A stretch of 57,811 nucleotides of DNA, filler included, from Platydemus manokwari (Eukaryota), in the NCBI GenBank assembly GCA_037951405.1. It is 5 parts of 5 records of this genome, joined end to end, with 100 filler letters (N's around TTAATTAATTAA, not from the genome) between each part and the next. Parts side by side here need not be neighbours in the genome. Positions count along the whole stretch, not along the records: positions 47,450 to 57,811 come from JBBMOY011140550.1; 4 more parts are not named here. The stretch is one strand, 5' to 3'. Each line of letters begins with the position of its first letter. Positions within the stretch are counted from its first letter, which is position 1. Below are positions 49,686 to 57,811 of the stretch, piece after piece. Made by a program: the position numbers and the translations under genes. The notes below the pieces were generated by a model that did no database searches, had not been told where the DNA came from, and saw only the letters and a program-made list of their open reading frames with translations.

Positions 49686-49977
49686 NNNNNNNNNNNNNNN
49701 NNNNNNNNNNNNNNNNNNNNNNNNNNNNNNNNNNNNNNNNNNNNNNNNNNNNNNNNNNNNNNNNNNNNNNNNNNNNNNNNNNNNNNNNNNNNNNNNNNNN
49801 NNNNNNNNNNNNNNNNNNNNNNNNNNNNNNNNNNNNNNNNNNNNNNNNNNNNNNNNNNNNNNNNNNNNNNNNNNNNNNNNNNNNNNNNNNNNNNNNNNNN
49901 NNNNNNNNNNNNNNNNNNNNNNNNNNNNNNNNNNNNNNNNNNNNNNNNNNNNNNNNNNNNNNNNNNNNNNNNNNNNN
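49686..49977. other. Scaffold gap (292 N)
   Basis: Run of N without the linker sequence. Confidence 0.97.
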
Positions 49978-50230
49978 CTGAATATTTCTACTCAAATCCT
50001 ATCATAAACCTAAATTTCATCCCATATATTGACACGAACGATATTCTTAACGAAGTTAATTATAAAGTTTGATTAATCGAGTCGGTCAGTGAAAAAAAAT
50101 TATGCTACTCTTTAAGTAGGGCCATATATTTAGTTTTGATAAATTTTAATAAATCATTCATTTCGGTTAAGTTAATTCTTTCATAAATTAATATGAAATT
50201 GGTTTTAATATCTGATGTTGTTGTTTTCAG

Positions 50231-53057
50231 ATATTTCCGTGTAAATATCTAATGTTTTGGATTTGGTGTGTATGTTTACTGCCGAAAGAAGTCAAATCAC
50301 AAATCGAGATCCATTTCAAAGTAATCGAAGAAAGTTTAAGCAACTCTATCATCGGCAACATACACCAACAATCATTAAAACAAAATGGTGGAATCACATC
50401 GAGCGATTACTCTTACAAGTCAGTCACAGATATTGAACCGTTCACTCTTGATCTCAGAACGTACGATTTCAAAGTGGCTAAACGTGTCGACAGAGAGGCC
50501 TTATGTAAAACACCACCAAAGAATCCCCAACAAAACTGTTTGAAGACATACAAATTCATTCAAACCAAAATATTCAAAGAAGGGAGCCAAAACGAAGGCA
50601 ATCCAATACAAATCATTATTCTCCACGTGGAAATCATTGATATAAATGACAACGCACCAAAATGGCCCAGTCCTCAGTTTCATTTTTATATACCCGAACA
50701 TTCCAAAATAGGAACTGAAATTTCATTGCCTCTGGCAATAGACTCAGATCAACCCCCAATGAATACAACTCAGAAATATGTCATCGGTTATCAGTCAATT
50801 AAGGACGGTTTTATTTTGAAACATACCGGTAGAGACACTAGTGGAGAGAAACTATGGCTCATGGTTAATAAAGATTTTGATCGAGAAATACAGGCAAGCG
50901 TTAATATCAAATTGAAAGCTTATGATGGGGGACCACAGCCATTAAGTAGTCAGCTGGATATAAACATTTCTCTCACCGATATTAACGACAAACAACCTCA
51001 ATTCAAGCGACATAATATCCATAAAACTATATCCGAAAATATAGCATTACGAAGTCTGATATTGCAACTTGAAGCCAGTGATGAGGACGAATCCAATAAG
51101 CAAAACCTGCGATTTCAATTCGATAATTCCGTTGATGAAACAGTAAGAAACAGATTCTACATCAATCCAACAACGGGGGAAATTTTCACTGCTGGATACA
51201 TTGATTATGAAACCAAATCTGAATATTCAATTCCCGTGTTGGTGACTGATGGAACTCATTTCGACAGAGCTCTGCTGACAATAGAAGTGAAAAATACGAA
51301 TGATAATCATCCAGAAATATCTGTTCTTTATCTGAGTGGATCGAATTTTAAAGCTCCCAGACAAAGTTCCCAATATCGAGCATTTATAGCGGAAAATAAA
51401 GAACCCGGTTTCGTATTGGCAAGTTTATCGGTATCAGACAAAGATTTTGAATCTAAAAGAGGATTAAGTCAATTGGATTGTAAAATAGAGCCGAGTAGAG
51501 AAAATCTCGAACTGAAACGATCGCAAATGAAATTAAACGACCATTTTCAGATCGTTACAACCAAGAAATTTGATCGAGAAGAAGCATCGCAATATTTTAT
51601 TCAACTGATTTGCTTTGATAGCGATTCAATACCGCTCTCAACTAGTGTTACGTTTGAAATTTCTATTATCGATGTAAACGACAATCCACCGGTCTTTGAA
51701 GTACCATTTCCAGAATCAAGAGGAATCCCAAATTATAGTATTAAAGAAGGAGCACCGATTGGAACAACAATAGTTCAGGTCAAAGCAACTGATCGCGATA
51801 TTGGCAATAATGCCAATATTCAATACTCGCTGGATTCAATGTCGAATACTTATTTCAGTATCGATCCAATCACCGGTGAATTGAGAAATGTAGATGTTTT
51901 TGATTTTGAAAAGACAGAGAAATTCGAAATAACTATCAATGCTTCAAATCCCATAGTTGAGAGGAAAAATTCCGTTCTTCTCAGTACATTGCAGAAAATT
52001 ACAGTTAATATTGAAGATGTTAATGACTGTCCACCGGTGTTTATGAAGGATCTCTATACATTTTCTGTCAAAGAAGGACCAAGCAAGGACGTTTTTGTCG
52101 GTAGAGTCGACGTAAAAGATGACGATACAAGTGCTATATACAATACAAACTATTTTCGAATAATATCCAATCCCAATGATTACTTCGAATCATCCGATTC
52201 ACATGTTAGTTCGAATGTTAATTCTGATCCATCACAATATTTTCGAATCGGTGAAACCGGTTTTATCTATGTTAATGTACCTGTACTCGATCGGGAAAAG
52301 GTTTCCAGTTTTTCCTTCAAAATATTAGCTGCCGATCGCAGTGAAAAACCGTTGAGCAGTACAGCAATCATTCAAATACAAATTCTCGATGTTAATGACA
52401 ATCCACCTCTGTGGATATTCCCAAATACTCATACTTATACGGTGAATGTTTCATATCAAGAAGCAGTGGGCCATTGCATTGCACAATTGAAGGCCAACGA
52501 TCCCGATCTCGAGGATAATGGAAAAGTTTCTTACAGAATAGTGCCATCAAAGTCTTCATCATTTCCACCACAATCGATACAAAATTCTGATCTCAAATCC
52601 GCCGAAACTGCACAATCATCGGACAGTTTATTCAAACGGCATGATATATTCGATCTTGACAGTTCGACCGGCAATATATACATTGCACAAAAAATGACAA
52701 TCAATGATGTTGGTCTCAAAGCTATTTGGGTCGAGGTGAGCGATCATGGAAGTCCACCATTAAAAACATTCGAAAGATTGTTGGTATACATCATCAATAC
52801 AGACAATAACGGTCACGGTTCTTCTCAAGGTCAGTTGAACAAACGTTTCGGTTTGTCTCGGGCGGGATTTGAAAATGATTTAATGATCATGATTGTTTTG
52901 GTGGCAATAATTATTCTCGTTGCTATGGTTATGGTAATTATCATACTCATGTTGAGGTGCAGAAATACCGGTAGACGACTGGCATTAACGAAAATGTGCC
53001 AAGATACCCCTCAAAGTATAAGCGCTAGTCGATCATTTCTCGAAAGGCGACCCGATG
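50231..53057 (+). CDS. Protocadherin (7 cadherin repeats, delta-1-like): large exon encoding the signal region, ectodomain, TM and juxtamembrane segment
   Basis: Acceptor TTGTTTTCAG|ATA in frame with ATG 50252; DREALC..C in EC1; linkers DINDNAP, DINDKQP, NTNDNHP, DVNDNPP, DVNDCPP, DVNDNPP; TM LMIMIVLVAIIILVAMVMVIIILML; phase-1 donor GATG|GTAAAT. Confidence 0.95.
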
Positions 53058-53632
53058 GTAAATTGATTATCGTTAATTATTTTATTAATAGTAACTAAAA
53101 TCATTATCAATTAAATATTTCAATGATTTTTTCAATGGGATTTATTATCAAAATTTTCGTTTTCCGACAAAAAAAATATTCTTCAAACGATTGATGTAAA
53201 TAAAATATTGTTTTGTATTTGATGAACAAAAATATGTCGCTTAATACACGCGTATCGCACGAATTATAAGTTGTATTCGATCGATAATGATATTAAATGA
53301 TAGAATTAACTTAATGTGATGAAATAATCATATTTTGTTTTAATTAAGTCGACATTTGATTAAATCCTAATTCATAATTTGATATGATTTAAAGCTGAAA
53401 TTTCAAGTGAAAGAGAATGTATCAATTTTCATAATTACACTTGCTGTATCAGAAAAATCAGAACAAAAAACACATTTCACCGATTCAAGAATGTGTGATT
53501 AATCCTTTAATATTTTTATCGGATTTTTTAAATAGAATTTCTTTGATATTTATTATTTGAAAACAGCGAAATCCGAATGTTTTATCGTCTAACATATTTG
53601 GGGGAATTATTAATGAACAATATAATTGCTAC

Positions 53633-54724
53633 TGTGAGATATTTTCAATGAATGAAACTTTTGTATTTAAAAAGATTTTTGGTGTCTTGACTTTTCAGTT
53701 TGTTTTTAATGTGTGGTTTTTGAAATAGCGACGGCTAATATGGCGACCACCCATCTGTATTCGATTCTGAAAAGATAAACGTCTGAAAATTATGGGAAAG
53801 AATAATGAAGATATTGAGACCATTGTGAGAATATCAAATTGAATTCGATTTGAATTAGTATAGAATTTAATTTTATATTGAATTTAATTTGGTATTAAAT
53901 TTTCTTTATTTGTTTAAATAATTGTCTTTAAAATATAATTGAATGTCGAGTCTTTTCAGTTTGTTTTCGATGTGTTTTTTTGTAAAACAGTAGCGGCTTA
54001 CATGGCGACCACGCATCTGGATTCGATTCTGAGAAGATCGATGACTGCGAATTAAGGAAAAGAAGTAGAAAGATGTTGATACTGTATAGAGAATATATAA
54101 AGAAGGTAAAAAAATGAAGATTAAATATAAAGAAGATATAGAGAAGACATAGAGAAGATATATAAAATCTATAAAAGATAGAAGAATAAGAGAGCTTTAC
54201 GTAGATAAATATTACGAGTTTTCAATACAATGTAAATTAAGAATACAAAGATTTAAAAAAAGTGGGATGTGAGAATACCAAATTGAATTTAATTTGGTAT
54301 TAAATTTTCTTTATTTGTTTAAATAATTGTCTTTAAAATACAATTGAATGTAAAATCTTTTCAGTTCGTTTTCCATGCTTTTTTGTAAAACAGTAGCGGC
54401 TTACAACCATATTGAGAACATATAAAGAAAATATAAGGAATATGTAAAGAAGTTGTAGAAGAGATAAAAGAGATATAAATGAAGATATTAATAAAAGATG
54501 GAAGAATTATATTTTTCGTGTAATGAAATATGTAGAGTATTCGCTACAGAGACAATCAACAAAATCAAAGATTTTAAAAAAGGGGCATGGATTTTGTATG
54601 AAATATATTTTAATTCTAATTTAATATAAAATCATAAATTAAATTTATTTGTTTAAATATTTGTAGTGTCTTGACTTTTCAGTTCGTTTTTAATGTGTGG
54701 TTTTTAAAATAGTAGCAGCTGACA
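53633..54724 (+). mobile_element. Older TRIM copy (outer), interrupted by a younger copy
   Basis: 5' LTR ends CGACGGCTAATA (53740) followed by PBS TGGCGACCAC; internal region resumes colinearly at 54411; PPT AAAAAGGGGCA; 3' LTR ends GTAGCAGCTGACA (54724); outer TSD not recoverable. Confidence 0.75.
53824..54405 (+). mobile_element. Complete miniature LTR retrotransposon (TRIM), 582 bp
   Basis: 5' LTR 53824-54002 and 3' LTR 54268-54405, both TGTGAGAATA...GCGGCTTACA; PBS TGGCGACCACG at 54003-54013; PPT AAAAAAAGTGGGA at 54255-54267; 5-bp TSD ACCAT on both sides; no ORF. Confidence 0.92.
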
Positions 54725-54773
54725 ATATATTAATATATAAAATATAAGTAAAAGTCTCGAATAAAATTTCTAA

Positions 54774-54776
<3 letters not shown>

Positions 54777-54812
<36 letters not shown>
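54777..54812. repeat. (AAT)n microsatellite
   Basis: Trinucleotide repeat visible directly. Confidence 0.9.
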
Positions 54813-54813
<1 letters not shown>

Positions 54814-55699
54814 CTTATAATAAAATTAATAATCACAAATTTACATTTATTATTAATTGATTTTCGCGGTGCTAAAATTTATACAAATTTTTCTCGAAAC
54901 ACCTCATAATGACATCAAATTATCCCGACCGAAAAAGAGTTCCTACATTCCCACCGAAATATTTTCAGTGATATAAAAATATTATCATATAATTATTATA
55001 TAATGTTTTGGTTGAATTTTATTGATTTATTATTAATAATGATTATATATTGATTTTATACAACAAATTATTTGACAACAAATAATTATACAATAGGAAA
55101 TACAATAATGCTTTTACAAAACCCACCTGATTCTGACGGAAATAAAATATATTCAGTGGAGTGGGGAGAAATAAATGGTCATATTTACATAATTGATCTA
55201 ATAAACTTAACAATTTAAGGTCAATAAAATAAGAACTAAAAACTTCTTCAAATATATAAATTGATCTACTAAATAAATTAACATGTGTACACATTTTCTG
55301 TTGAATAGATTTAGGTTTCTTTTAGTTAAACTTTATAAACTTATTTGAATCACTCGATCCATAGGTGTAACGGATTTCTCGGGAACAATATTTTTCGTCA
55401 GATTAAAACAACAATCCAGGAATGAGTTGGATTTTTTAATCAATTCCAAAACTCTTACAATCTTACGCATGTTTACAGAAATCGACAAAATAAACTTGCT
55501 TGAAAATTCGATATTTGGCATTCTGTATTTTTCTATAAAACCTTGAACACGAAAATCTGTAGTTAAATCGATTAATAAAGACTACCAAGCCAAAATGTAA
55601 TTGATATAATGTAATTTATCCGCTTCAGTGAGGATTTTAAAAATAAATTAATATTTAATTGATTATTTTGAATAGAAAATATATTGATATTAAACAATA

Positions 55700-56155
55700 T
55701 AAATGATCGATTTCATGTGATATGATTTTATAATTAAATATGCTTTTGTGATTTGAATTTCTCATATTTGAAATGGAAGCAGCAGACACGGCTAACCAGT
55801 ATTTGGATTCGATTATGAGAGAATCAACGTCAAATATATTTAGAGAGTACAGGCAAGTGGATATATATAATATGATTTTATAAATTGGTAAATATATTGA
55901 TAATTCGACACCAAGAATATAAAAAATATCTGGATAATTTCAGATATATAATACAGACAACGAGTAGAGATTTCGATTTCAACAAAATTGAAGATTTTAA
56001 GGAATCTGGAGATGCGAATATTTTAAAATCAATTAATATAAGAAGGGTCATTTTAAACAGAAAATATATTTATATTAAAAAATATAAATTTTTAATTTAA
56101 TTTGTTTGAATATTTAGATTACATATATTTTTGTGGGTTGAAGTTCTCAAATTCT
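55700..56155 (+). mobile_element. Highly diverged TRIM-family copy
   Basis: GCAGCAGACA LTR-end-like sequence, degenerate PBS, conserved TGGATTCGATTATGAGA, PPT-like AAGATTTTAAGGAATCTGGAGA, then TGCGAATATTTT; boundaries approximate. Confidence 0.5.
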
Positions 56156-56543
56156 TATTTTATGAATTATTATTAATGAATTTTTTATAATTATAATTTA
56201 TAAAATTATTAATAAGATCCCAATACATTTCTGCAAACAATATTTTTACAATTTTTGAAACAGTTCTTAATATCGACTTCCGAAATGGCTTTCAACATAT
56301 TCTCCTATTTAGTTTCATCGCCTCTAAATATATTCATGTTGTGGATTATGTGCTTATTAAATAACTAGAAGTTACGATATTGGTTCACCTTTGACTCGAT
56401 CGATAGTCGCTCAGTTGATACGTTGTTTCCGACTTACAGATATAGATCCGAAATTTAATGCAACGTCAATGCTCATATAAATCCAACATTGTATATTTCG
56501 AATAAGACACTTTATCTTGATAATTATTAGCTTAACTTTTTAA

Positions 56544-57051
56544 CCAATGAAAATAGTGACATAATATTTGACTTTGATGTCATTGACAGTAATACCAATC
56601 TAAACGAATTATTTGTAAAAATCGATAATTTTAAATTGAAAATTCCCCGCCATATTTGATCAAAATTTCACAGTGATAATGATCTTCATTTTGCACACAG
56701 AATGACCAATTGAAATTTATTGACCAATGAGGTCAATTGGTAGAAATTGTATGACATCAATAGGAGAATGAAATTCATCAATAAAAATGGTTACTCGCAG
56801 ATTTTTACCCATAAATTGAATTTTATTTTTCGTATGTATCGATTATTTCTGAGGTTATTTAAAATGTTCAATTGGGAATGTTTTGGTCATCAAAATCTTT
56901 CAAGTTAAAATCCTCAACTGCCAAAAATGGCAACTTTTCCTTGAGACAGGGCTTCGTCGTTTGTATATGAGCGAACCAATACTGGTGCGTGCTTTGAGTT
57001 TTTAATAAAATTATATTTAATACGTTATGATTGGCCATAAAATATAATTGG
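56544..57051. promoter_or_regulatory. CCAAT-box cluster with a GC/E2F-like element (putative NF-Y promoter)
   Basis: CCAAT or ATTGG at 56544, 56595, 56706, 56724, 56736, 56871, 56976, 57030 and 57047; TTCCCCGCC at ~56643. Confidence 0.45.
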
Positions 57052-57811
57052 TTTATAATTCAATAATTAGTTTATAAATTATATTTTTACTGAAACATTG
57101 AACACGAGAAATTGTTGGTCATTATTTTAGTCACATCCCCATTGATTAAAATCATTGAATTATCATGAAATATTATTCAATATTTTCTGTCAATAACACA
57201 TTGATATTTAAAATCTACTTCTTCAAATGTCAAATCTGCGGGATTTTATCATATTTATCAAACGTTATTATAATAATATGACACTTCAATGGCAGATCGA
57301 TAGATATAAATTTTTAAAATTTTTTCATCAATTTTATTGCAACATATTTTGAAAACTAAAATTTTATTGATAGATTATTTTAATCAATAATTTTAATATT
57401 TTATTCAATATTTTTAATAAAAATAATTTAAAATTGTAAGTCTATATTTGATTGTGCTCACTGTAGTAATTATTTTCTCTTTCATTTATATATTGGTCGT
57501 AGACAATAGAATTTATTCCAATCCTATTATGATGGAAAATTTTAATTACATAGCGTAGATCGCTATTGTTTTCTCAGAATTTCGGAAAGAAAATAATCGC
57601 AACCAGTAAAATTCATCCCAAATAAACCGAGAGTGATTCCAGTTTAAAATAAACAAAGCAAAATTAATCTGATAATTCTATTTTTATTATTATTAATGAA
57701 ATAATAGTATTATTATTATCATTATTATTATTATAAATCTAAGCTTTTATAATGAATATTAATAATAATAAAATTGCTCAGAATTGCGATGACAATTTAA
57801 ATGACATTTTA

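Noticed and set aside
49666-50072. ORFs spanning the N gap
   Set aside because: Artefacts of N translation
53680-54724. Four ~60-bp direct repeats with spacers resembling a CRISPR or satellite array
   Set aside because: Explained as the LTR 3' halves of two nested TRIMs; eukaryotic context and no cas genes

Overview
Very AT-rich eukaryotic (metazoan) genomic DNA with very short introns (54-59 nt). Composition and gene content suggest a triclad flatworm (planarian), which is an inference. The window is not one locus. Four identical artificial 100-bp linkers (N44-TTAATTAATTAA-N44) join five separate contigs: 1-11911, 12012-24741, 24842-36049, 36150-47349 and 47450-57811. The last contig also has a 292-N scaffold gap. 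Supported genes: a single-exon Shisa/CYYR1-like membrane protein, a 3-exon 97-aa secreted protein missed by the ORF track, an intronless 1158-aa coiled-coil protein with two CxxC-headed 108-aa repeats, two internal exons of WASHC4 (SWIP), a 7-repeat protocadherin ectodomain/TM exon, and one or two orphan exons. The intergenic DNA is rich in small mobile elements. The most notable is a family of miniature non-coding LTR retrotransposons (TRIM-like) with a tRNA-Arg-type PBS, a PPT and a 5-bp TSD, one copy of which is nested inside an older copy of the same family. There are also a Merlin-like MITE with an 8-bp TSD, mariner-type relics, and decayed REL-endonuclease and RT fragments of non-LTR retrotransposons.
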